Source of the DNA: Adineta vaga
Taxonomy: Eukaryota > Animalia > Rotifera
DNA: 64,000 nt
NCBI GenBank assembly: GCA_021613535.1
Contig: CP075495.1
Span: forward strand, 14,136,001-14,200,000
Direction: 5' to 3'
The notes beneath the pieces were generated by a model. It saw only the letters and a program-made list of their open reading frames with translations. It searched no databases and had not been told where the DNA came from. Below are positions 26,386 through 39,703 of the stretch, in pieces (position 1 is the first letter of the stretch; each line of letters starts with the position of its first letter). A program made the position numbers and the translations under genes.

Positions 26386-28439
26386 TTGATAAACATCATA
26401 TATTCTATAAAGCTTCAGAGACTATTAAAACAATTTCATATTGAAATATTTAAGTGTTTTTTACTTGTACCTAACAAAACGATCTTTCAGAAGCTATTGC
26501 AACTACGTGAACTACTATTCACTACGACAATAAATTAACGTCCGTATAGATGAAAGCTCATGGTTATGAGAATTCTAATAATTAAATAGTATGTGCAAAA
26601 AGATAGATCGATTTACATTCATTAATCTCATTCAATGTGCACCAGAATAAAAGATAAAACTTTTTAATTAAAGATCAAAACAGCTTCAAGTGTATAATGT
26701 TTAAAGTTTCAATTCTGTATAATTGAAATAGAAAAGGTGTCCCATAAGTCGTGCGAACATGACTGCTAAATATCGAATTTAGTTTTCTATTGAGTGCTTG
26801 TCTCTTCCACATATTGGACATACTTTTACACAAAGATACTTTCAAGCATTGTATTGACACACTCACGTGTATGACTATGGGATCTGAAAAGAAAGAGATT
26901 CTTGTTGATATTATGCATATTGTTGGGGCATCTGATCCAGTGAACTTCCAGCAGAATCTCATTCTCCATTGAATATCAATAGATATAACTGAAAGTGACA
27001 CTTTTGATAAAGAAACTTTCTTCTTGATGTTGAATACACATCTTAGACAGTATAGTTGCGCGACAGTCATTCAGAATTTTACGTTTTATGAAAAAAGCTC
27101 GGCAATTTAATTACTTAATTTATGTGAAATAGGATCAGTCTCAATCAATCAGTGTCTTAGTCAATTCGTATATACTATTGAACGACAAGAAGAAAATCCG
27201 ATTTACCATTCTTAAAAATATCTCGAATAGTTTGTTCGTCTAATATGAATAAAGTATGGGAATCTGAATTAAGTCAGAAGGACCCGATTTGCGATTAGCA
27301 ACATTTGCCAGAATGAAGAGGACCTTTTGTTTCCGTTTTGATCAACAAAACATGCGCATATGTCCATATACTTCGAAATGAATTTCTTCTTTCCTAAATA
27401 TCTTTATTAAATCAATCGTGTGTTCTTTGAGACGGCAACAAATATTATGTTAGACGAACCCGTGAGTGGAGCAGATTTAATAGAAAGTTCATTTCGAAGA
27501 ACAGAAATCTTTTGAGAAGCAACCAGCCCCGAACGTTTTTTGGATTAATTGGTTTTTATATAATAAAAGTCGTCTAAATAAAAATCTCTCTGATAAAAAC
27601 TTTCTTTTGTTAAATATGTTTATTTTTTAAAGAGATGTATGACTGAAGATTATCAAATCCTCAACATACATCGATTTGTTAAAACGATTAGTAAAGGAAT
27701 TTTCTATGCCACAACATCCATATCATAAGAGATCTGTCATAAACGTAGACTTAAATTTATCGTTATAACTCAAATACCAATGTAAAAAAAGTTTTATGCA
27801 ATTTTTTATGAGTTGTGATAAGCTATATATATAGTTTCACAATCCTTTATTTACATGATGGGGCTAAAATCAGTACATATGCCTTATTGTATAATATACA
27901 ATTATTGACTTGACAATTTAGCCGCCAATTTTTAAGCACATCGTGTCATCTGTAGATGAAACAGCGACAATAAGTACTGAGCTGTACTAAGTCAGAAATG
28001 GCAAAAGGCAATGTAATATTTGATTAGACAATGTCAAAGGTGTGAAATCTGCCGTATAAAATAGAAGATTTCCCCTACCAACGATTTTTTATAAAAACTT
28101 CCCTGAATGTAAAATACAACTACAAAAAAGAATTATGATCATCTGAAATGATTTTTCAAAATCTTTCCCTTACGGTCGTGCTCGCACACGGGCGGATCCT
28201 ACAGCTGTATTATAGAGAAACCTATTCTTGAATTGAATGTAACATCTGAGTGAATTTGAGCATGCAAAACAATCGATATAAAAGATTTTCTCAATGAATA
28301 TGAAGTCACTTTTTTATACACATAAGCTATGAATTGTTAATATTCAATATAATAACTTCGTATATGTAAATCAATATCAATCATACTAGAAACTAACTTA
28401 TATCGTCGATGTTAAATCATCAATCACGGATTTTATCTG

Positions 28440-28780
28440 ACTGCTCATGTCATCCATTTATAGCAAAATGATACCTTATTGCAGAAAAGTATTAACATGA
28501 AAGAAACCAACAAGAGCGAAAGACTAAATAATGTCGATTTATACATCAAAATGATCTAGAAATAGTCATATATTCGAAGGTGAAAAAAGAAAAGCATACT
28601 ATTATACTTTTTCCACCAGGAAAAATTTTTCCATTCAGTAAAAATTGTTGCTCCTAAATGAAATATAATAGCTGCCAATAATATCATCCAAATTAATGTG
28701 TCATCCATTTTGGAAACAAAGGCACCCATAGAAGCAGAAACCATAATTGCTGCATAAAAAGCAACGGTCTCCACTAAAAT
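28440..28780 (-). pseudogene. Decayed multi-pass membrane protein fragment
   Basis: Exon ETVAFYAAIMVSASMGAFVSKMDDTLIWMILLAAIIFHLGATIFTEWK.. followed by a hydrophobic exon containing an in-frame stop; family not recognised. Confidence 0.4.
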
Positions 28781-30976
28781 AATACAAGCACTGATAAATC
28801 TTATGGCTAAACCTAGAGAGTGTGGATGGATGAGTACGGTCGTGCAATGGGATGACTGTGAATATTGATCTATAATCGGATCCGTTCATCAGTCGCGCTC
28901 ACGCTTACATTTGCACCTTTAGTCCAAGATAAGAAGAATACGTGGAGTATGAGTGATTTAAGGCAGAGCATTGGTGACGTAAGGCGGAACACTGGAGTAT
29001 CGTTTGACTCTTCTGAATATGCGATTTAATTACATCTGATTTATAATTCGTTTAAAAAATTTAATTTGACTCATAAACGAATCAATTATTTTCTATACAA
29101 AAAAGATTTTATCGACCACTAGAAGATCTGGAAATGGACGATTGAATGACCGTTATCCTCACGCAATGTTATTTTATCTTGTTTTTCAAGTAAAACGATA
29201 CAGCAATGCAATTCCACTGTTTCAAAAGTTAATTTTTGATTATGATTAATCACTTGTCCATTGATTGAGGGTGTACGTGAGAATATTACTCTTCTTTTTT
29301 CCGTCTATTTTCACTCATCTTAAATCTAACATACTCATTCACTGCTTACTCGAAAACTCTTGAAATTTTTTTGCCTAAAAAAAAGTCAAGTTGCCATTTT
29401 CTTTCAACGTTTTTTATAAATATTTATATTAAAATAATTTACTAAATTATATTGATCACTTACAGATTTGTTGCTTTGTTGGTGATCGCTTTAATTTTCT
29501 TCTTAATTTAATTTCAATCTATATATGAAATATCAAACGATATATTGTACAACTAACAGTAACACATGTAGGAAAAACTCACTCCTGATGAGAATATATG
29601 CTTCTCTGTTAATTCAGAATTAACAGAAAATGGTAATTGATGGGAAAATTTGTAGGTATTATTATCCACTCGAAGATAAATAATAATATCTTGCTAAAAT
29701 GAAAGAATTAACTCGATCAAGTAGAGCTTATCCTTTTACTTACATCCATATTTTTGAATGAAATATTCACATGATTGAGATTGAGATTCTTCACTGGAAT
29801 GAAGATAATAATATTATTATCCTTGATGGTGATGAATTCTCTGAGAATACGGAAAAATAAATTCATTCAATTTATTATGTATAAGACATACTCAGCGTCG
29901 ATGGTAAAAGCTAAAATATACAAATATTCTATATAATATTGATATAAAATATACGGAACACTTCTAATAATTATCTAAGTAGGCGAGCATGTCACAAAAA
30001 CTTAATTTATTGGAGTTTCCCGAAACAAAATCGAACATAAATATAATATTTCATTTTTTATCGTATATTAAAATAAAAATATTCCGTGACAAAAGTTTTT
30101 CAGGACAATATCAATCACAAAAGATTTATATAAATTGCTCATATTCTTGCAGCAAAGGGATTTTTTTCATCAATTAGGATGCATTCAGCAATTCAACAGA
30201 AAAAAATGTTTTACTCAAAAAACAGTTTAGAATATGAGTAAACTAATGCATCAATACAAGCTCATGCTGATATATTTAATTCAGATGGAATTTTGTTATA
30301 CACAAAACGACACCATCAATTTTTTTGTTTACAATCAAACCTAATGTTTAAACTAAACTGCTTTTATCTTGGAAAATATCATTTTGATCTAATTTGATAT
30401 TGATCATTCGAATTTAGATTTAATAGGAATTTCAAGTAAGCTATTTCAATTAATTTTATGTTCTTTATTTAGAATTGATGTTTCTTCTAGTTCTCTCAAA
30501 TACGTTAGTTATATAAATGTCTTCTGGAATTCAATGTATATCAAATGAACGTTGAAATCAAATCGAATACTTATTTCAGTTGGTTCAAGACATCTATACA
30601 ACTTCATTATTAGACATTTCAATTGAGATTCTAATATGAACTAGGTCGTTTTCCTCATAACTCTCATTTATTGACTAAGTTTTAATATGAGAAAGAGTTA
30701 AGTGAAATATTATCCATCTCTTTACATTATTATATAAACGATAGCATTCATTAAATGTATAGATATGTAAGATGAAACAAGAATTTATTCTTTTCCCCTA
30801 ATATCCAATTAGATTTCTCGATTAACGAGATTCTTTGAAATTTTTATAGAAACATAAGCATTGCATCTCGTATTCTAAAGCTATCCAGATCAAACTATTA
30901 TATCACAAGATCCAACGAATAGTGCAAGAGTGAGGATGTTATTATCAAAATAAAGATGGTAGATGTTTTTCAAATA

Positions 30977-33085
30977 TCATTTGTAAATTACGGTATCACC
31001 TTGCATTTTCAATTATTATTATTATTAAATAACTTACCAGTTTTTGGTGGATTTGTATTGCATTTGTCTAACCATAATGCAAATGTTCCTGGTCCGGCTA
31101 AAAGAAGAAAATTGAAATTTAATGCAATCAGATCTTATTCGTTTGAGGATTTAGTTGTGGATGTTTCTCCTTAAGTTTCATCTTCGGACACTCAATGTAC
31201 ACCTTCGTCAAATATCTCTTAACGTGAATTGGTCAGCAATTTGACAAACGTTTATGAAATGAAAATATCGTCTTTGTAATTCTCTTTTTTCAAAACCGAA
31301 AGTTCTCGATGTAAGACTCAAAATATTCATTCCATCACATTATTATCAGAAGAGTAAAGTACCGAACAGTCAGTATGAGAAGGTGTCAAAAGTTTTTTTC
31401 AATGCAAAAAGCGATTCCTAGTTTCTTGATTTCTCACAGTTCCTAATAGATCCTGATAGATCCTTTGGTTTCTCAAAAATCTTGAAAGATCCTTCAGTTC
31501 TTCAGAGATCCTAATGAATCATTCGGCTCCTCAGAGATCGTGATTAATCCTCCTGGTTCCTTATGGAGATGGCGAGAACCATCAAGACCTAAAAAGAACT
31601 GAAGGAGCTATAAAAATCCAGCGAATTGGAGGAACCAAAAACTAAATTTTCCTTCTTGATATGATTTTTGAGACTTCCTGGTGGTTCCTACAAGTTCTTG
31701 ATGGTTCCAGAAACCGCTTTTTTCCGTTAATGTTCCTCAAAGAGATTCATGTTTATATTGAACAGTATGGTTCGTCAAAAGGCTTGAAAATAATACAGTT
31801 ACTTTACCAGCATGTGATTGTCCATCACGAAATGACTGGATAGCTTTCTCAATCCAACCTAAATAATAGGCAGCCACACCATTAGCCAAATGAGCTTCAT
31901 AATTAGTGCCATTGAGGTGGATTGCAATGGTCGAAAGTTCAAATGCTTCTAAAAATAATAGCATGTATAATTATTTTCGTTTGTAAACAAAAAATTTCAT
32001 TTCTTATGTTTTCTTTTCAAATAATTGCAACGATTTGACATAAAAAACTAGATGATGTACAAAGATTTTATCAATGAAACTCTATAAAACTAGGTCACTC
32101 AGCATATCTCTTAGAACTATATGAGAAAGCGTAATAAATATAGCGAATACTTAAAATCTGTAACGAATATTTGTCCTAAATCTTACCCGAATTCTAATTT
32201 TCAACAACGTCTCAATCATAATCTTAATTTAACTCATTTGGAAATATATATATCCAACTAATTCCAATTTTTCCGGAATAACGTTTTTAAAGCTGCTTTT
32301 ACAAACCAAAATATAAAAAAATTCTTTGTTTTAACTTCATCGTATTTGTAAAATATGTTTCGAATCATTTTTATTTATTTTTTCTTTTTCAAAAAGAAGA
32401 ATAAAGTTAAAATTAATACTAAGTTTAGTATGATATATAGACAACAATTTCACGGTACTTTTCAATATCGTTTTACTTATCAATGGATATTTATCATGAC
32501 TTCGATCAGTTTCATTATTCCAAAAAAGAATAGAATAGACGAATCTATTCATACTGTTTTTTAGTATTATACATCATACAATGATTAATTTATAATTTTC
32601 CTCTGAAGTCTCTCTCATAAAATATTAGATTATAATAATAAAAATCATGTACCTATTTGTTTGTAAGTTCTTTTACACAATCAGTACTAAATGAAAGATA
32701 AAAATAACTATTCTTAACTCGTTCCAGGAAATACTAATGATTTATGGATAATTAATTTCTGACTAGGTTTCCACTACAGATAGTGAAATATACGATTGAG
32801 ACGTCTTCAATATTCTTACTTATATAATTTTTTCGTGTATTAGCTATTCGTGCTAATACTGAATAAATTTTTGATGTTAACAATGGATCAGTTTCATTAT
32901 CAACAGATAAAGCACTGGTCAATATCTTAATAAAAATAAAAATGAAGAAAAGCCGTTAATAGACGTCAGATGATTATACAGATTACTTCCTCTGCTTCAT
33001 CGTCTTGACCAGCTTTGAATAAACGAGAACCAGCTTCATATAATGATAAAGATGTGTAGATGATTTCAGAAGTTGTACGAGCCAT
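30977..33085 (-). CDS. Small TPR-only protein resembling the SGT1 N-terminal TPR domain
   Basis: Five phase-compatible exons: MARTTSEIIYTSLSLYEAGSRLFKAGQDDEAEE/ILTSALSVDNETDPLLTSKIYSVLARIANTRKNYI/KAFELSTIAIHLNGTNYEAHLANGVAAYYLGWIEKAIQSFRDGQSHA/AGPGTFALWLDKCNTNPPKT/GDTVIYK*. F..GQ..F..W..KC resembles SGT1; intron positions and phases match the 23973-25449 gene. Confidence 0.7.
31399..31730. mobile_element. Degenerate MITE in intron 3 of the TPR-only gene
   Basis: Left aatgcaaaaagcgattcctag versus reverse complement of right aacggaaaaaagcggtttctgg; interior with repeated gatcct/ggttcc motifs. Confidence 0.55.
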
Positions 33086-34841
33086 AAACATCGAGATGAG
33101 AAAGATTAGCAATATAGAAGAAATAGAATAATTTAAACGTTAGTGAATGCACAAGTGTACAGTATGGAAACAGATGTATATTCAAAAAGTGGGGATTTTT
33201 ATTTAAATAAAGCAAAGAGAGAACTAATAATGCAGAACGAGATGGAAAGGACAGAAAAGGTCAATGCGAATAAGGCAGCAATCACAAGATATTTTAATAA
33301 AAGTAATATTATATATTAAGATGTCAATTGATGCAAGCACAATCTTTTTCTGTACTTGAAAATGTGAAAAATGTTCAAACAATTTTAGGAAATCAAAACT
33401 ATTTCTGAACTTCTGTGACACTTGATAAGAAAACATAATATAAAGTAAAAATAATAGATAATAGATAATATCGTATACTTGTCCAAAACTCTTTTTTCTT
33501 TTGAAATCGAATCAATCAGCCATTCTATAATTAACTAGAATCGAGAAATATATAATTTTTTATGTTGCGAAACATTTTCAAGTTCGGATAGATCCAGTTT
33601 TATTAAAGTTTTAAAATTCTTTTCAAAATATTCCTATACATAAATGGATTGAACAAAGGTTTTCTTTTGTTCTGATTTATTTATATGGACACAGATCGCT
33701 AAAAAGTTATTTTTTCTATTAGTACTCAGTTTATTTGCTTTTAAATCATTACAGTTGATGACAATTTACATTCAACTGGAGGTAAACTAATGACAATATA
33801 AGCAATTTAATCAAGATGAATTTAGAATTATCATATATAAAAGAATGTTATATTTAACTAAAGATGATTCATAGTCTTTTATTTTTTCTTAATAGCTATG
33901 TATTGTGCACTTGAAATCGTATCGACTCGAGCACTTTCTTTACATAGCACGAACATTTGTTATTGTAACATCTCCTTTCACTTGCAAAGCTTGAACAGCT
34001 TGATATGGTACACGATGTCGATAAGTAAACCAAGGTTGACCATTGCAATTTACCTATTCAAATACAAAACAAATCAGTATAAACTCTATCATTATCATCA
34101 CGCCTTGTTTTACTTGGTAGTGTTCAGGATAACAGATGAGTTGAATTTCAAAATCTTGTCCTGCTTGTAATGGAAATCCTCCTTGTTTTTCTTCAGCACC
34201 CCATCCACCACCTTGACACGAGTTACGAACAGCTTCACGTTGATCAAATCGTGGATTGAAATGAAACGCAACATCACCACCTTGATAAGTACTTGTCAAT
34301 AAATTGAATTCAAAACGTGATGCACCATGATTTGATCGACCGTTGATATATAACACACGACCTGCATTGTTATGCAATAACAACAATGATTTCACATTAT
34401 CAACTTTTTTGATTAGATCAACTTACCAGGAAACATATTGATAGGAAGTGGAGTTTCCTAGAACACAAGAAAGAAAGATAAAACGGGTTGAAAGCAAAGA
34501 ACAATAAATCTTTCTGACCATCGAGAATCGCCATGGTTGACCTTGTTGACTGAAACCTGGATAGATTTGAACATTTGATAGATTAACGTCGCCTTTAACA
34601 GTCACACTATCAGCAGCATTGAATGGCATTCGATGATTGAAATCAGCTATGTGCTGATTATTCACTGCAATCTTAACAAGCAAAGATGATCATGTCACCC
34701 AATATTATCTGGTAAAAGTGAGTCTTACTTTGAAACCTTGTTCTGTGACCATGATGATGATGTTGAATGATTGACCATGAGAAATAGTCAATGGTTTTCG
34801 TTCTTCATTTCCCCAACCACCACCTGGTGCAGCATTCAATA
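32805..34841 (+). repeat. ~2.0 kb segmental duplication, copy 2 (intact source)
   Basis: Matches 20401-22418. Confidence 0.95.
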
Positions 34842-35215
34842 CTAATTGACGGTCATTGACACGTGGATTCACATGTAAAACGATATCACCTCGACCATTT
34901 GTCAAATTGACTTCGAATCTGTTTCGAGATTTTGTAGAATTAGTCACGTCGCATAGTTATTTGAGGGACGAGAACTTACCTATCACCAGTGGTTGTGCCA
35001 TAGACATGTATTTGAGTGCCATAACTGATGGGTGGTGAGATTTGTGTTTGATAGGGAACATTCTACATATCATTTCTATGTTTTTCTTTTCACATGATGA
35101 GAAAGTGCAGATAACTTACATAGTGTTGACTACTTGTGTGCTGTAGAAAGAAAAAAGAATAGAATGAATGGTTGTATGATAAATGTGGAATATCTGTTAA
35201 ACATACCTGACCCAT
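33940..35215 (-). CDS. Tandem-repeat galectin A (two CRDs, short linker)
   Basis: MGQ/HTSSQHY/NVPY..GDR/FEVNL..LHVNPR..LVLN..WGNEER; second CRD RFEFNL..FHFNPRF..VRNS..WGAEEK..YRHR..VKGDV; no signal peptide. Confidence 0.93.
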
Positions 35216-35835
35216 GTTTGATTAAAGAGAAGAAGAAAGTTAAAGTAATATACTTTTATTTCTGACAGATGTGTGAATAGTGAAACGATGGTTAGAAACG
35301 GAGTAAATTTATAGAGTTGAAGATTATTTGATAATAAATGTAAAAAAAGAGAGAGAGAAAATGACTGTGTAAATATGTGTATTCGACAGTTGTTTTATGT
35401 GGACAGAAATCATTGAGGTTTTTATGTGAAAATGAGATGACTAAGTATCGTTATCAGAAAGACAACAAATCAAGCTGGTGAAAGAGCATAAATGATCAAC
35501 AAATATTCTCATAAAAATAATCTGTTTTATCTTGAAGAGAATGAAAGAAAAGATTAAAACGTCGAATTATATTTGTTTTTCGATGAATATATTCGGTCGA
35601 ATTTGATAATGATAATATTATACCAGCTCACTGTGGTGGTATTATCGATATTTTTAGATATATTATGTATTATAACTTTGAAGATTTTCAAGTAACGCAT
35701 AGTTTTATTTTATAAGTTAAAGTGCAATAAATGATCACAAAAATACTTTGAAAAAACAGTATAATCAAATGTTTAACTATATGAAAAAAGTTAGTAGGAT
35801 TGAGAGAATGTAAACTAAACAAGTCGTCCAGTTTT

Positions 35836-37304
35836 CTACATTTGCCCAATACTATTTATCACAATATCACCTTTATGTTGAAATGCCATGACCTAGAATA
35901 AACAATATTTTTAGTTAAATAGAAATAAATTCTGTATAAATTTATGTATTATGACACGTACGCTTCCGGGTGTGATTTTATGATAATATTCAGCAATAAG
36001 ATGACCATTCATAAATACCTATAATTAAGATTAGGACTATGATTTGCAATCTAAATTATGCGTTACTTACTGTATATTTATCCATTTGACATGAAATCTG
36101 TAGATCGATTGGTGAGCCTGGTATTAGAGGCATGTAGGATGGAAACGGTTGATTTTCTTCCGAACCCCATTGACCATTTCGTCGATGATTTTTAACAATG
36201 GTACGTGAATCAAAACGAGGATTGAAATGGAATGCAATATCATCGGTGTCATTATATCCTTGTAACAGATTTAATTCAAATCGACTAGCACCTTGAGGAA
36301 TGAAGCCACGTACAAAAATACGAGAATTATTATGGATTCTACATGATTGTATTGATGGTACACTACCGCTCTACATTGAATTAAAAGCAATAAGCTGTTT
36401 TTACAAAATCTAATAAAAATACAAACTGAAATCGAAGGAGGTGCTGAGGGAAATCCAAAACCAGCATTGAAATCTCCACCAAATGCCGGTTGAGCTGGTG
36501 GTGGTGGCGGACAATAGGCAAAATCTCCGCCAAAAGATGATGACGATGGGGGTGGTGGTGGACAAAAACCCATATTGCCACCCATACCCATACCCATACC
36601 CATACTGGGAGGAAAGCCCATTGAACCTGATCCTGAATAAACTTGTACAGATTCTAAAGTGACATCTCCTTTTATTTCAACTTGTTGAGCCAAATGCATT
36701 GGTGTACGTTGGTAAAATTCACAGACATGACTATTGTTTACCGCAATCTATCATAGTGTGAAGAAAAATTCAAACATAGTTCCCTTTTAATCATTAACAT
36801 AGACGTCTAGGTACTTTGAAACTGCGGTCTGTTGCTAAAATGACCATCGTAAATCGTGTACCACGATAAAATGGCAATGATTGACGTTCTTCTTGTCCCC
36901 ATGATCCTTGTTGAGCTAAATATCAAAAGAAGATAATATTAAGTGATGAAAAAACTCTATCTCTATCATACCACTGTTAAGAACAAGTGTGCTAGCATCA
37001 AAACGAGGATTGACATGTAAGACGATATCATCTTGATAATTCTTTAAATTGACTTCGAATCTATGTATAATATAAATCGAAAAGGGAATAACCGTTGATA
37101 TTGTTCTTATTAATCAGACCTGTTACCAGTAGGTGTGCCACTAATATGAATTTGTGTACCATTCGAAAGTGGTGGTGAGATTTGTGTAGTATACGGTACT
37201 GGCTGCAAAAATAGAGATCAAACTTATAAAACTCTTTTAACAAAATAAAAATATAAACTATTTACCAATCCGTAATTCATGCCTACTGTGAAATTAGGAT
37301 ACAT
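35836..37304 (-). CDS. Tandem-repeat galectin B with long Pro/Gly/Met/Phe-rich linker
   Basis: CRD1 LHVNPRFD..LVLNS..WGQEER; linker MGMGMGMGG..FCPPPPPSSSSFGGDFAYCPPPPPAQPAFGGDF; CRD2 FHFNPRFD..VKNH..WGSEEN. Confidence 0.93.
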
Positions 37305-38283
37305 TTTGTTTTGAAAAATAAAAATACTGTGTTAGAGTGAATTTATTACGAAAAGATGGTCCTTTGTTCTTTGAATGTAGATAGCGATTTTACTGTTATC
37401 TTTATTTGTCAACTGAGGTGCTACAAGTGTATTTATTTTCTTTCTCTTTTTTCTTATTCATTCTTTTTATTTCTGACGTTTCAGAATATTGATAAGAAGC
37501 CTTTTCTTCGATAACGTCACTATAAATACTGCTTTCGTAGATAATAAATGTCTTTATGAATCATATTATTTGTATATATCCACCTTCAACTTTTACAGAA
37601 AAAGAAACGATTGATAATAAGAATAAAGTCCATTGAAACATATAATTGTCAAGTATTGACTTAATCTTTTTATGATAAGAAAAAAAACACAGAATTTAAA
37701 ACTCTTAGCAACAATGTTTTCCGTCATAACAAGTTGTGTATTTTTTTCAATAGTATTAAAAATGAGCAGAAAGAATAAAATAGAAGATCAAGCTTAGATA
37801 TGATGTAACCTAGTTTTTATTAATTTTCTTATCGTTATAAATCGGGCATGTTTCTTAGAACATCCATATATTATAGGAATGCACTATAAAAAAAAAGTCA
37901 TTTCATTTCTTTTTTCTCAATTAATAAAATAGAATTTTTTCAAATTGCATAAATTATATCTTTGTTCATAAGACATCTTGAGATCTATATATATATATAT
38001 ATATATAAACATGCAATGTGATTCATACACACAATCACTGAGACAAATATGCAGTATTAATGTCGTTGTGTGCTGTATTTCATATAAGTTTTTACAGGTA
38101 ATGTTTACCAATCAACCACGCAAAGCGAGCGAGAAGCATTCAAGTGTAACGATTCAGTAAGAAAAATCTTATATTTTTTTTGTTTTTTCTATTTTTTTCG
38201 CCTCTTCATCGTGTACAAAATGCTATCTTAATACGCGTACAACGAGCAAGTTATTTATCCGTGATAGCAGTAAAAATATACTT

Positions 38284-39045
38284 ATGAAGCTATACGAATT
38301 ATTTATTTTATTTGCTTTAATATTATGTACAAGTGCTAGTTCTCGACAAGGTACATACTTAAAAATCTTTCTCTCCACGCAATATTATTTATATTGATGA
38401 TTATATCATAGATTCGGAACGTGAACTTCATAAATTTCTCAGAAGTAATCATATCACGGAACAACGTCGAGGAGGATATCAACATTTCGGAGCTGGTAAT
38501 ACTTGTATTGTTTAATACTTAGATTATCATTGTTCTGGTGTTTTGTAGATTCTTCTCTCGAAGGAAAACGTTATGTGAAACAAACAGGTAGGATTTAATA
38601 GTTTTAGTTCTTCATTTTTCTATAGATAATGACATTGAATATCACACCACACTTCGTATGAAGTTTTTTTTTATCATGATTCATTCCGTTTTTTCTTTTG
38701 ATTACAGGTTCTGAGCCAACATTACTGAACGTAACTGTAATCCATCGTGGTTTCTATCTTGTTACGGTTAAAATTAATTATCTTCGAAATGGAACACAAG
38801 ATGAATTCGAAACTGATTCGTTCTTCGATGGTACAAATAGAGTAATTCCTTTACAAAAAAATCCATCGGATATTATAACTTATGTACGTATACGTTTCCA
38901 TGTTGTCGGTTCGCTGAGTTTATTTGGTGATTTTCAAGTTATTGATCCCAGATCCCGTGATCTTTGTTTTGTGCTCTCTGGTACTGCATTCACGCCAGTT
39001 TATAGTATTTGCGCACCGGACGAAGATTATACGCGTAAACGATGA
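38284..39045 (+). CDS. Secreted prepro-protein with a standalone cholesterol-dependent cytolysin domain-4-like beta-sandwich
   Basis: Four exons. Signal peptide MKLYELFILFALILCTSASS; pro-region with RR and GKR; mature NVTVIHRGFYLVTVKINY..RVIPLQKNPSDI..IRF..CFVLSGTAFTP, compared from memory with perfringolysin D4 KINLDHSGAYVAQFEVAW..TVIPLEANARNIRI..VSIWGTTLYP. Confidence 0.65.
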
Positions 39046-39703
39046 AATCTATTACATTCTTACTAAAACACTGAATTGACCGAATTTTTTCCATAGAACT
39101 TTCCTAAATATATTTAACGTTTAATTCTTTTCGCTAACAATCTTTTACCAATAAAAGTAATAAAAAGATAAATCAATACTAAATCCATAAATTTTCACAT
39201 ATTCACTTTGTTCTTCGGCAATCTTTTATAATATCACTGGTACTGATGATACTAGAAAGAATGTTCTACTTTCATTTCAAACTAGTGGAAGTTCAATAGA
39301 TGAGATTGAGACGAAATGAAACAGAATATCTATCTTTCATGATAAATACAATTGTTAGAGATGTCTTCATAGTGTTTCTCTTATTCTTCTTTTCCCTCGA
39401 TCATATATCATCATCTCACTGTATCATGTCTAAACCCTCGATTCGTTCGATCATATATATATATATATGCGTTCGTTTTCTCCTCTATAGTCGGTCTGAT
39501 GTATAGTGTGTATGTGTATTTATCATCATCAAATAAACCCCTAACAACAATAGACATTTATTTTCTGAGCGCAACTTTTTCATGTTTTTTCATTTATTCA
39601 TTCAATGAAATTTATCATGTCGAACGGAACAACAGTTCTTTCATGTACATATCTAACTGATTTTTCTCACTTTGACATCTCTATTGAATCTAAACAATGA
39701 CTC

